From positions 19,034,001 through 19,098,000 of the forward strand of contig NC_045138.2 in NCBI RefSeq assembly GCF_008831285.2: a stretch of 64,000 nt of DNA. Direction: 5' to 3'. Position 1 is the first letter of the stretch. The number at the start of each line of letters is the position of its first letter. Source of the DNA: Nymphaea colorata (lineage: Eukaryota). The position numbers were made by a program, and so were the translations under genes. Below are positions 53,450-64,000 of the stretch, piece by piece. Below the pieces are notes generated by a model. It was given only the letters and a program-made list of their open reading frames with translations, made no database searches and was not told the origin of the DNA.

Positions 53450-54020
53450 AAGACTGCACATTGTTGAAATGAGCAAGAACAAACTTGTTTAACATGAACT
53501 AAACGGTCCAACAGGTTTATGAGGTCGTATCAGCTGAATTGTAAACCCAAATAAGCCAAATGTCGATAATATACTGTGTTTCATGAACTTGACTCAATTT
53601 TTGAAGCAAGTTCTTTACATGGGCCAACTTGTGCTTGAGCTTGGTGAGCGCAACTCTACTCAGCTCCCATATTTCTCGGCTCATGCTCAAGTCTAACTGT
53701 AGAAGGTCAGCTCGAGCTTGGTTCCATAGGTTGGGTCCTGGATCAATCTCAACTCATTTAAGTTCATTTACCAACTTCTCATTTGACTTTATCTCTTTTC
53801 TTAGCTTTAAGTTTGGAATTTTATTTTTAAAAAACCTAGATTAAATGAGCTTACTCGAATTTAATCGAGTCGAGCCGAGTTCATGTAACTTGAACTCGAC
53901 TTGTTTATAAGTTCAAGCTTTCAGCTAAGCTCAAGCTCTACTCGTTTGCAAATGGATCGAGCTGGAGTTAACCGAGTGAGTTCTAGTCAAGCTCGAGTTG
54001 GCTCAACTTATTGCATAACC
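53450..54020. mobile_element. Decayed copy of the TCGAG-rich hAT MITE family seen at 1150-1515
   Basis: Dense GAGCTCGAG/CTCGA/TTGAGC motifs and an eroded CTGCACA end. No clear TSD. Confidence 0.5.
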
Positions 54021-55006
54021 ACAGGTTCATGGAACAGTATGTTACTGTTCTATTAGCCAAACGATCCTGTAGACACCATCTTCTAGCAGTTGGATCATTA
54101 GACTATACCGGGCCAGCTTGTTTTCAGCTTATCAGCTTATTGAACCTAGTTGACCGAATCTTAAACGAGAGAAGCCAACCCGAAAGATGAGGTACTTAGT
54201 TCACTTACAAGCTCCAAATGAAAGGATCTAGTTTTGCTTGGGTCTGTATTAAGCAATCCAACTTAATCGGATATTTTGAAACTCAGTTTGTAGACATGTT
54301 GTATACAAAAATAAAACAAATAAATACCTTACGAATGAATGTTTCATCTGGTTCATGATTGAAAGCACCAAGTTCCATGCTCCCATGTCTACTTCCAAGA
54401 AAAAGAAAATCAAAGAACTTCCTTATCGAACCATTTTGAGATCATAATGTTTGAGATTCTAAAGTATTATTGGGTAGTTAACATAAAACTTCTAAGGAGA
54501 GAGCCTTCATAAGCATGATCTAGCTACATTTGAGGCCACCCATAATGACAAGGGATCTGATGATCAAGCTGATGAATTTGAGAATGGGAAAATTTAATGC
54601 AGTGCTTGAGTTGAGTTCATCCCATCACCTAGATCTGGTTAAGATAGAAAATGCACACTACGTATTATAAATCGTCCCTGTTTCTGCCAACGATCACTTG
54701 TGTTCCTGCTAATAGAAATTACTGAAGTGCAGGCATAGGTGCGTAAAGAACAGAACCACAAATTTTTTGCTTTGCTTGACTTTTATTTACCTGGTACTTT
54801 TATTTTAATGCACTTACCGTATATTGTTCACATGCAAAACTAGGCCGATCACAACTATTTCTTTTGGAATATCCTGATTCAGACTGACACTCTAGCAATA
54901 ACTAAAACCATTAACTGCAGAGCTGTAAGTTTGGGTGAAGGAACTCTTAAAATTCAAGTAGAGGTTCAGACTATTATTAACTCCAGAATTCCTGAACAAA
55001 ACTTTT

Positions 55007-57084
55007 TCACTCCATAGCTCCCGTAGTAACTTCTACACCATTGCCTGCAAATGCACGCAGTGAACATTTAGCACTAACAACCTTTTGTAAATCTGTCATG
55101 AACAACAGAGTCTATGCTTATTGAGTTTCAAGAAAATCTTTAGAACTCATGCATTACAATATTCTTCATTAACAGCCAATATTTGACAGTTTTAGTGTGC
55201 AAGAGAATCAATCTATTACTGTAAAACACCTTACCATCTGGATCAAAGAAGAAGACCTGTCGAGTTCGACCATTAGGCGAGACCATTTCAGAGAACCGAA
55301 TTCCTTTTTCCTGCACATTATTGCTCTGTTAATACCTCACCCAAGTAAACTGCTCCCAATTAACTAATTTCTTCTGGAAGCAACTCTGACATGCTCAATT
55401 ATTATAGCTATTAAGAAATAACAAAAGAAATGACTGAAAAAATGGCCACAAGTTTGATATGAAAGAAACAATAACATTGATGCAGTCCTGTTGAAGGAAG
55501 GTCCCCTGCCTAGAGGAGAAAATTGCTTAATAATAACATGGCTCATGAATAGCAGTGCATTCCATTATGTAGATAAGGGCCAAGCAATGGAACTGATAAA
55601 TTCTCATGAACGACACCATTTTCCATCATGTGATCTAACTCAGGTGACAATTAAGGAATACATATCATATAATAACAGAATAGATCAGAAACTGACTCTA
55701 GCCCTGGGGTAAGAGCTATCTCACTGGAAATAAGACAAGCACCAAAAGGAGGGCTTTGATTTCATAATCAAACCAAACCCAGAAAATCTCATTTCCATTT
55801 GATAAGGCTTATTAAGACTCCTAGATACAGAAAAAATTGATGCAACATACATCTAGACCTATGCCAATACATCCAATGTCCAGACTGATGTGGCTTAGTT
55901 ATATTGAAGACATTGAAAACTTTATCTTGTGTGGTATCCATGTTTTAGGCCACAGGGAAACACATGGTATTCATGTCTGGAGGACATTCAAAACTTTAAG
56001 AATTGCTATAATATGTATCTTGGAGTGGCATCCATGTTTAGGCTATTGGAAAGCACATGGTATTCATGTCTGGGTTACAGCTGAAAGAAGACACACCTTG
56101 AGGCCTTCAACAAAGGAATCGAAGTTGGAGACAGAAAAGGCGAGGTGATGACTTCTAGAGAGGATGCTGGGATCCCTACATACATCGTCGGAGGAGCTCA
56201 CCGGCAGCTTAGTCCCTGGCTTTCTCTCTATGATGTGCAAAAAGAAGGACGGTTTCAGCCTCAGCCATACCACCTCGAACCCACTGAATTTTGGGCTGTC
56301 AACTCTTTCAAACCCCAGAATCTGCAACTCAGAGACACAACAAACACATTATCAAACTCCCAGATGCAGACCCTGGAAAAGCAAACCACGAGAAGCCTTT
56401 TTTTCTCATCGACAGAAAGAAAAATCCCTTCTACCGACAATTCCCAATCACAAATTCCGGTGAGCAAATCCTGTGCAAAGGTAATTGCACAAAAAAAACT
56501 TGAAATTACACATTAAAAATAAAAATTTTGAGTGTTTTCTTTCAGTTCCGAGTGATAGAACGTTATAGCATCGAAAATTGTACCACATAAAGACCTTGAA
56601 TTTTCATAAGTCAGAAAATCTCATCCACCTGAAACACGCAGATTTAAGAGTGAATTTACAGGTTTGGATCATAGCGACTGAATTCATAATAAAATTTTGG
56701 GGAAAAAACCATAAAAATTTAACTTAAAAATGCAATAAACACTTTTTGGGAATCACACTGTACTGACGATAATACTTGGGCAGCCCTTTGGCCGCAAAAT
56801 TATCAAAGAACTTGTTTCCTAGCAAGAAAGGCACAACCCAACTTGGATGGACATCTACCAGTTGGCCCAACCAGATTGGCATTTTTTGCCAAGAAGAATC
56901 GAAGCTAGACCCATTAAAAATGAAAAGGGTATATGATAACGGGAGTCGGTAAGGAAGAGACGGAACAATAAGAACAACTCTATAATTAAATTTGCACCTC
57001 CTGGTAGAATTGGGCCAGGCGGTTGATGTCATCCGAATCCCTCGCTATGTGATTGAACTGAACTCCTGCTGCCAAGCTCCCCAT
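55007..57084 (-). CDS. Glyoxalase I-like / VOC-family (lactoylglutathione lyase-like) protein, 141 aa, 4 exons
   Basis: Exons 57084-56998, 56321-56097, 55310-55235, 55044-55007 (426 nt): MGSLAAGVQFNHIARDSDDINRLAQFYQE-ILGFERV...HHLAFSVSNFDSFVEGLK-EKGI...QVFFFDPD-GNGVEV. It has the VOC-type metal ligands (H, H, E) and the DPDGN motif. Confidence 0.92.
55923..56073. repeat. ~58-bp direct duplication in glyoxalase intron 2
   Basis: TATCTTG..GTGG.ATCCATGTTT.AGGC....GGAAA.CACATGGTATTCATGTCTGG occurs twice. Confidence 0.8.
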
Positions 57085-58040
57085 TCTCTCTCTCTCTCTC
57101 CTCCTTGTCCCCAAATTTTGTTGCATTCCCATTTTATTGTGAATGGGCTCTTGCCCGTTTCAGCTGCTGCTCTCCTGAGAAAATTAGGTAATAATTTGTG
57201 ATGGGTGGTGTTCTGTCCTTCGAGAACTTGGTGATTTTTTGCAGTGAAATTTCAAGATCGGTACCTCAGTCGATTCAAAACCATGAAATGCCTCTGTGGT
57301 ACGATGTTCAGCCCGTGTTTTCTCGTTTTCAATTAAGTTTCGGATGTTTTTCCATTTGTTTATCAAGAAATTAACTATCGTTTTTTTCCTGATTAAAAAC
57401 CGATTCAGTTAAACCGCCATTGCAGAATGATTTTGGCATCATTCCCATTCTCAGCAGACAGCAGATGGTCCATTTCTGATATAGCCAGAAATTTTTAACG
57501 TGGAAGCACAAATGTATTTTCAATCTTTTCACAAGGGCCACTAAGTATTCTTCAAAGTTTTACAAGGATATTGACAATGTTCAAAATTATTAGTAAATTT
57601 TATTTTTCGAAAATTTGGGGGAGGGGCCAAATCTCCGCCCCGCCTTCTAATCGGCTTCTTGAAACTGCAACCGGGTTGGATCTAAAACTTGAATCATGTA
57701 TCTGGTAATGCAGCTAAGGTACGTCCTGAAAAGTTTACCAGAATATGGACATGTACAAACTTAACAGGGGCATATTAGAAGCGATCATCATTACCCGTTC
57801 ATATGCGTACCAGAAACAAAACCAAATCCGAACAATACCGGTACCAAATCTGAATATAATCCGATACTCTGTTCTAGTTGGAAATCTTTTTCCATATCCG
57901 ACTGATTTAGTTTGTTCAGTTGGATATCTAAATGAACACTATAATATTCATGAATCAATCTAAATTTTCATTCTTGCAACAGAAACTCTGAAACTAGAAA
58001 AAAAAAATCAATTTCATTACATAAATAGAAAAAAGTCAAG

Positions 58041-58101
58041 GATAATTACATTTTTGAAGAATCATGAATAAGATAATTACATTTTTGAAGAATCATGAAT
58101 A
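58041..58101. repeat. 30-bp perfect tandem duplication in the F-box 3'UTR
   Basis: GATAATTACATTTTTGAAGAATCATGAATA x2. Confidence 0.95.
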
Positions 58102-58135
58102 GCATATTGTAACAAACCAAAATGCCCCTCAATTT

Positions 58136-59377
58136 TTACATGAACTCTGACAAGAGAAACCTTTCCCATTGTGGCCCTCTCTTCTCCTTTGGAATCATAA
58201 ATTCAGGGTATATATTGTACTTTCTTAGCTTAGGTGCATTCTTCATCAAGCAATCAACTGTTCTTTCATGAGCCTTCACGCCTCCTGTGATGATCAGCAA
58301 TTCTTTCAAATACAGAAACGGCTTCAAGGAGATCTCGTTTTCTTGTTCCCCTCTTGGATGAAGACCAGTAAAGTTCACAGAGAATCCCAAAGTCAGATAC
58401 TTCACACAGCAGACTTGGTTTATCAGCCTTCTGAAGGCATTGTTGACCCCCAACTCTTTGTTGATGATAATGGTGGCTTTCTTCAAGTTACGTGGAACAC
58501 TTCTCAAACTAAAGTTCACCACCTCTCCCTTATACTTAAACTTTTCCAGGTTGGGAGCATAAATTTCACATTCTTCCAACCACTGTCCAGAACATTCAAC
58601 AATTTTTAGGCCCTTCATCTTCTCATTCACAATGGTATTCTGCCCTTGGGAATTCATGGTGCCGCCCTTAACAACAAGCTTCTTGAGGGTCAAGAACTCG
58701 ATGTTGAGGAACAACGCATGAACCATGTCAACCGAGATCTCTTCAACCTCATCTAAGACCACCTTCTTCAGATTGCATAGGCTCTGGAGGCTGAAGGAGG
58801 GTTCAACCGTGCAGCCACGTAGTGTAAGCACCTGTAAAGAAGATGTACAGGAAAAGAGGTCCGTAGGAAGGCGATACCGATGCACGGAGTCGTTCCATTT
58901 AGATGCTCTAAGATCAAGATTGAGTTCCTTCGCTTTTCTTCCTACTACAAATTGCAGCCATCGATCAACCAGTGGGTCGAACGTCTCGTTGGTGGTGAAC
59001 TTCAATTTGAATCTTGTGATGCAGTCCTCGTGAAGCTGCATATATTTTTCCATGATGGCTGCAATCTTCTTCTTCCTGGAGCAACCAAGTCTGCGACGCC
59101 GGGTATGAAGAGCTATGGGGTCAGTGACATAATCTGAGTACGGCTCTTCCTTGCTTAGCCATGAACGAGTTGGGGTCTGGTCCAATTCCACGACTGTTAC
59201 CAAAGTCCATAGATCTCTACAAGCCTGCGACAATAGAGATGCGTCCACTGCAAGCTCAGTTGGGATGGAAGAAAGAATCGTAGCAATGATATCATTGGGA
59301 AGACCGCTCAGCATGAGGTTATGGCTTCCTTGCTTCTTCTCATCTACAACAGGATCAAAGTTGGAACCTCCCATCAT
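58136..59377 (-). CDS. F-box/LRR (FBD-associated type) protein, 413 aa, intronless CDS
   Basis: F-box LSGLPNDIIATILSSIP..AVDASLLSQACRDLW, then VDRWLQFVV..KELNL, YRLPTDLFSCTSSLQVLTL, APNLEKFKYKG and LMKNAPKL, typical of plant F-box/LRR proteins. Confidence 0.9.
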   Translation of the reverse strand: MMGGSNFDPVVDEKKQGSHNLMLSGLPNDIIATILSSIPTELAVDASLLSQACRDLWTLVTVVELDQTPTRSWLSKEEPYSDYVTDPIALHTRRRRLGCSRKKKIAAIMEKYMQLHEDCITRFKLKFTTNETFDPLVDRWLQFVVGRKAKELNLDLRASKWNDSVHRYRLPTDLFSCTSSLQVLTLRGCTVEPSFSLQSLCNLKKVVLDEVEEISVDMVHALFLNIEFLTLKKLVVKGGTMNSQGQNTIVNEKMKGLKIVECSGQWLEECEIYAPNLEKFKYKGEVVNFSLRSVPRNLKKATIIINKELGVNNAFRRLINQVCCVKYLTLGFSVNFTGLHPRGEQENEISLKPFLYLKELLIITGGVKAHERTVDCLMKNAPKLRKYNIYPEFMIPKEKRGPQWERFLLSEFM

Positions 59378-59737
59378 GTTTGGGAGATGGGTACCTTCCT
59401 TAACGCTGTTTTCCTATAAAATAAAAACCAGTTAGCTTAAAAATACAGACAAGAATATGCCCGAAGCGAAACAGTTGAACATAGATACTTACAAAAACAT
59501 AAATAACAAGTGTGGGGCTCTAGAACTGACAAATAAGAATTCTAAAATTCAAATGAGATATATGGGCCCTCTTCCTTTACCGTGAGAAGTTTCCACTTGT
59601 AAAGAGAAGACGGATTATGCTCCCCACTGTTTCCAAGTTCCCCTCAAGCTCACTGATGGGAATGACTTTGGTCACATGAATTTACTGCGGCACTACGTTT
59701 CTTCATTTGTGGATCTCACTGGGCCAGGCACTTTGAT

Positions 59738-59785
59738 CATATGGTATACATTCTTGAACATATGGTATACATTCTTGAACATATG
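59738..59785. repeat. 21-bp tandem repeat x2.3
   Basis: CATATGGTATACATTCTTGAA x2 plus CATATG. Confidence 0.95.
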
Positions 59786-61311
59786 TAGCTTTTTACTCTC
59801 AGTTTGAAATTACACGTTTATCGATGAAATACTCCTAATGCTCACTCAACACTGACTTTGGGTTTGACTTGGCCCGAGCTACATGATAGATTTGTTATTG
59901 AACACAGGCTTACTACCCAACTAGACTCCATTACATAAATATGCACGAATCAGTTTAAAAATAGATACTATGATGCAATTAATTTTGAGTATTTCATTCT
60001 AAATATCAAATAAATCAGGTAGGTTCCAGGCCTCGATTCACTTCATAGGACGAGCTCAAGCCCGGGCCTCTGCACTGAGCAACCCTGCCAAGTCTGTACA
60101 GGCAAATCCGAACCAAGCGGCCATAATCGATCAAACCAATCTAATACGACTGTTAATTACACCAAGTCTGAAACCAAATAAAATTCAATTAAATGTACAG
60201 TTTGGACTCACAAAGTCAAGAATAATGTGTTTATTTTATATGGCACTCTTTTGTCTTCTAAAAATATACCACGCATTAACTTCTAACAAGGGGAGAGAAA
60301 CATCAGCATTTCAAATTGAAATTTTCTTTAAATGCCTAGTTTTAAGTTATCATGCACCTGCTTGTTATGTTTTCACATAATAAGATGCCTGAATGTATGT
60401 TGACATTATTCAGATTTGAAGTTACGCTCAAATATCTATCCCCGACAATATCGTCTCACTCCGATGAGATATTTTTCAACAATCTGAATGCGACACGATC
60501 CAAATTGAGTTTTGATATATTATCCATATCCAAGACAATTTCATCACTGAATCTACTTTGCAATCCTTATGGCTGATCAGATCACATGCCCAGTGAAACC
60601 CACTGCAGTTGCTCAAGAAACGTGACATCTTTTATTTAGTAAACTCATAAGGACAAGCCCCGTGGCCATCATGGTCCATAAAAGAGCTGCACCGAGTCCA
60701 AAATCAGGATCTCGTCTTAGCATTCAGATTGCTCCTTACTGTTGAAGAAATCACCCTTTATTGGCCGAATGCTCTAGTTTTCCTGCTGTTGGTACTAGAT
60801 TTTTAACTTGTATTGTATCATATATGTGATCTTTTGTCATTTTTTTATATTAACGTACTCACATTAATCATGTTTATTTCGGACCTACAATGTAACCAAG
60901 ATCTGACAGATGCCCTGGCAGCAGCCTATGGAAGTGCAGAAAATGTTGAATCTGGTGAGCAGCGAGAGAGTCAATAAGGAGAATAAATGCTAACAACAAT
61001 CCGCAGCATTGTTGTTAGCATTGACAGGTATATATATATGTGTGTGTGTGTGTGTTTCCACGTCTAAAACAATGGGAAGGCCGAAATCTTTGTCGCCTTG
61101 CCACCTGCGGCCACTGAGGACGTTTTACGTTGGGCAAGGCCAGAGTCATGGCCAAAAATGTTATTGGCCACGGCCGATAAAAGAAGATGATTAACGGTTG
61201 AAAAGAAAAAAAGAAGGAATCTGACCATGTATAATGAAAGAAAATAATACGATCATGCAATGAATATAGTCACAGGCACCACAGAGGACTTACTGGAATT
61301 CAACAAGCAAG

Positions 61312-61620
61312 GCTCTGATATCAATGCTGGGTTCTTTGCAACCGAACGACACCCGTTCTCCGATCTTCGTCTGCACAGCACGTTCACTAGTGTGTCTCCA
61401 GGATGAGCATCAAAGCAGCAGCAACAACCACTGTTGATGAAGAGGGCGCACGTTCACTAGTCCGTCTCCAGGATGAGCATCAAAGCAGCAGCAACGACCA
61501 CTGTTGACGAAGAGGAGGAAGAAGATGAAGACTCGGTTTGCTTCTATGAGGCGAATAGGGTGTTTAATTAAAACCTTACGTCAGAGAACCAGCAGGGGTT
61601 ACGGCATGCTCATTTATAAT
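61312..61620 (-). mobile_element. LTR-retrotransposon remnant: LTR-like segment followed by a tRNA-iMet-type PBS
   Basis: On the - strand: ...CCCAGCA-T-TGATATCAGAGC, i.e. a CA end followed by an 11/12 match to the canonical PBS TGGTATCAGAGC. TGCTGG (61325) and CCAGCA (61589-61594) form an inverted pair, there is a TATA-like TTATAAAT at ~61613-61620, and an internal 70-bp-period duplication (61378-61445 / 61448-61515). No second LTR or gag/pol seen. Confidence 0.5.
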
Positions 61621-63393
61621 AAGAAACATAGAAAGCTAGGATGGTGCGAATCTAGGATGGTACGAATCAAGCAAGTGTGAGAATTCATGAGAATCCAGTC
61701 CTTGACTTAAGGAGGCCTTGAAAGGAAGGAAGGAACTGTAAGGAAAGAACATTTTTGGATAGAGATAAACGAAGGAGCCCTCCCAAACTTCAGATGGTTA
61801 AATAAATTTCCTTTTTTTTTCTCTTATTTTTGGATAGATAAACGCGGCAACAATGGTAATATTTTCTCTTATTTTTTTTTATATTTATAGATTTGATCAT
61901 TATAACCAATATAGCTGCATGTAGTTTATTTTTTGATATATTGTCATGAACAGCCTTTTTTTCTTATGACTAATTAAAAAGATCTATATGCCCATTTTTT
62001 TTCAAATCAACTTGTTCAACTTATTGGCATGAATGAAGAAAATCGTATGATTAATTTAATTATAAATGGAAAAGCAACTAATTTAGATAGTGTAAACATG
62101 TGCATTGATATAATAATGCCAAATGACCACGAATTAGTTTATATGGTTTTTTTGGTAATTTATCTCATAAATTTAACTTGATAATAGCCTAAATTTATTT
62201 GATGAAAGATTATATTTTAGTGGTCGTGATAAATTTAAGTCTGTTTTTATCCATATCTGAAAGTGTGTGTTTATCTAAATTGCATCAAATAGTTACCATA
62301 CGGTTACTTTTTTTTTTGAAGGAAATTAACTTGTTCGAGATTTTGATCTCTTTCCATATATTTTTTACTTATTCTTTTTTAGTTATTCCAGTCAACAAGG
62401 AAAGTCTGGGATATTTGGTAAATAAAAAAAGGTAAAATGAAGGATGAAAAGAGAAACAATGGGTTTCTTCTGAAGTCCACAAAATGAAATAAAATGTGTT
62501 TGTAGTTTGGTGTCATAAACTCAAACTCGTGTTATACAGCAAGTTTTCTCTTTTTTCTAAATGTAGAAGAGATTTTATCTTCCCCCCTCTTGTCTCGCAT
62601 TCTTTCCGTGCTTTCAATCTCACTCTAGTCTTAAACGGCCAGATTTTTCTTATGTATTAAAAATCGCTAAACTCCCCATTCTCTCTCTCTCTCTCCCCCC
62701 TGTGGCTTCTGCAGGCTTCTGCTCTTCAATACTCCGTTGAAACAGGGGCGTCTATGTTGGCACACTCATCGACAGAGCAAATAAGACACGTAGTCACTAA
62801 TGTTGCTTTCAGCAGTGTGTCGGTGGCATGCAGATTCTTTTTTTTTTTCTTTGAGAAATTATTTATCAATTAACTGTAAAATAGAAGTAATACAACACTC
62901 TTCCTAAGATTTCTAAATGAATATTTAACTAAAGAAAGAAGGCTTTTTAATCGTAAAGCGAGCTGTGATTATCAAACAAGTAGTTATCATCGATATCTCT
63001 CTGCATATGCCGAAAACTGAACGTCTTCTTCAACCAAAATAAAATTGGAAGTCCAACGTCAAATGATCGGGAAAATAACGTTTGCCACTGTGATTCCAGA
63101 ACAAGAGTGAAGCAAGAGTAGCCCTCGTGGCTATTATAACCATTTCATTTGGATAGAGATCACCATGTGAGAACTCTCCTGTGAGACTTTTGGAATTTAA
63201 AAGTTTTTTCTTTGGAGGACCGTTTGTCAGCAGTCAAAAAATTCAGTTATCAACGGTCGCTTAATGGTCATGCTATCGTAAGGAGCACTTCCCATTTCGA
63301 CCGGCCGATGCAAGGGGCTACTGCCAGGCTATAGACTCAAAGAACATCGTCTGCATCCTTGTTTTGTCTTGACAGTTAACTTGAAGTTTCGGT

Positions 63394-64000
63394 TTACCAG
63401 TAATCCCTGCAAGAACAACGTCCTTCGCTGAAGTGGTGAAACCTATTATTGTCCCTCAGGATGATTTCTCTCTGTAAAATTCCTGAAACGAATTTGAATA
63501 CGCTATGACAATCGCCGCAGACACGAAGGTTTTTTGTGATTCGAATTGGGATCCCTTGTTCTGTACTGATCATTCCGAACGCGAGGGCCAGCTTCTCACT
63601 GTGATACCAGAGTTGGCTTTCCTTCTCTTCCTCCTCCAGATCAAACAACACGAACTTGGTATCGGGAACATAGCCTGCAGCTCTCATCTGTTCCCTCAAT
63701 TTCGTCAACATTGCATAGATCTCGGCTGTGCGGGGATGAGACCGGTCCTTCACATGGAAAACATGCACACCGTCCTTGACACTGATCCAGCTGCAGCCTG
63801 GTCCCTTTCTTATTCCATCATTTTTCATCTCTTCCCTTACCACTGTCGCCTCCTCCCACCTACCACTTGCAGCATACATATTGTACAGGAGAACATGGTT
63901 TCCAGGGTCATGGCGGTCCAGAGCAAACAGCTGAGCTGCGGCTTCAGCTCCCAAGGTAACATCCCCATGAACTCGGCAACCACCTAGAAGGGCTCCCCAG
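63394..64000 (-). CDS. PLS-class PPR protein, E/E+/DYW C-terminus (5'-truncated by the window edge); resembles At4g14850 LOI1/MEF11-type editing factors
   Basis: The frame is open to the window edge: WGALLGGCRVHG...HVLLYNMYAASGRW...PGCSWI...GYVPDT...HSEKLALAFG...PIRITKNLRVCGDCH...DNNRFHHF..G.CSCRDYW*. The HxE and CxxC deaminase motifs are intact. The LOI1 similarity is from memory of the motif and was not searched. Confidence 0.95.
   Translation of the reverse strand, partial: WGALLGGCRVHGDVTLGAEAAAQLFALDRHDPGNHVLLYNMYAASGRWEEATVVREEMKNDGIRKGPGCSWISVKDGVHVFHVKDRSHPRTAEIYAMLTKLREQMRAAGYVPDTKFVLFDLEEEEKESQLWYHSEKLALAFGMISTEQGIPIRITKNLRVCGDCHSVFKFVSGILQREIILRDNNRFHHFSEGRCSCRDYW

Overview
Eukaryotic nuclear DNA from a flowering plant: AT-rich, GT-AG introns, MITE remnants and CT/AT microsatellites. 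The species cannot be determined from the sequence. Eight protein-coding genes were reconstructed by hand from ORFs and splice sites: (1) a PNRC/Edc1-like proline-rich protein (-), (2) an uncharacterised 6-exon protein (+), (3) a 14-exon EDR1-type Raf-like MAPKKK (-), (4) an atypical HSP20-like protein (+), (5) pre-rRNA processing factor TSR2 (-), (6) a glyoxalase/VOC protein (-), (7) an intronless F-box/LRR protein (-), and (8) the 3' end of a PPR-E-DYW editing factor (-). The most interesting non-coding signal lies downstream of the PNRC-like CDS. It is a tandem pair of ~150-nt elements (3657-3960) with diverged loops but conserved blocks that base-pair best on the transcribed (-) strand. 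Each copy encloses a branch-point/polypyrimidine/AG acceptor and a possible 19-nt micro-exon, and a three-part inverted repeat able to form two mutually exclusive hairpins sits nearby (4049-4116). This is a candidate structured-RNA splicing/NMD feedback system on a putative decapping co-activator. Other leads are an LTR/PBS remnant that may supply the F-box gene's promoter and leader, and an in-frame 105-nt intron in EDR1. All structures and exon junctions are manual predictions without transcript data.
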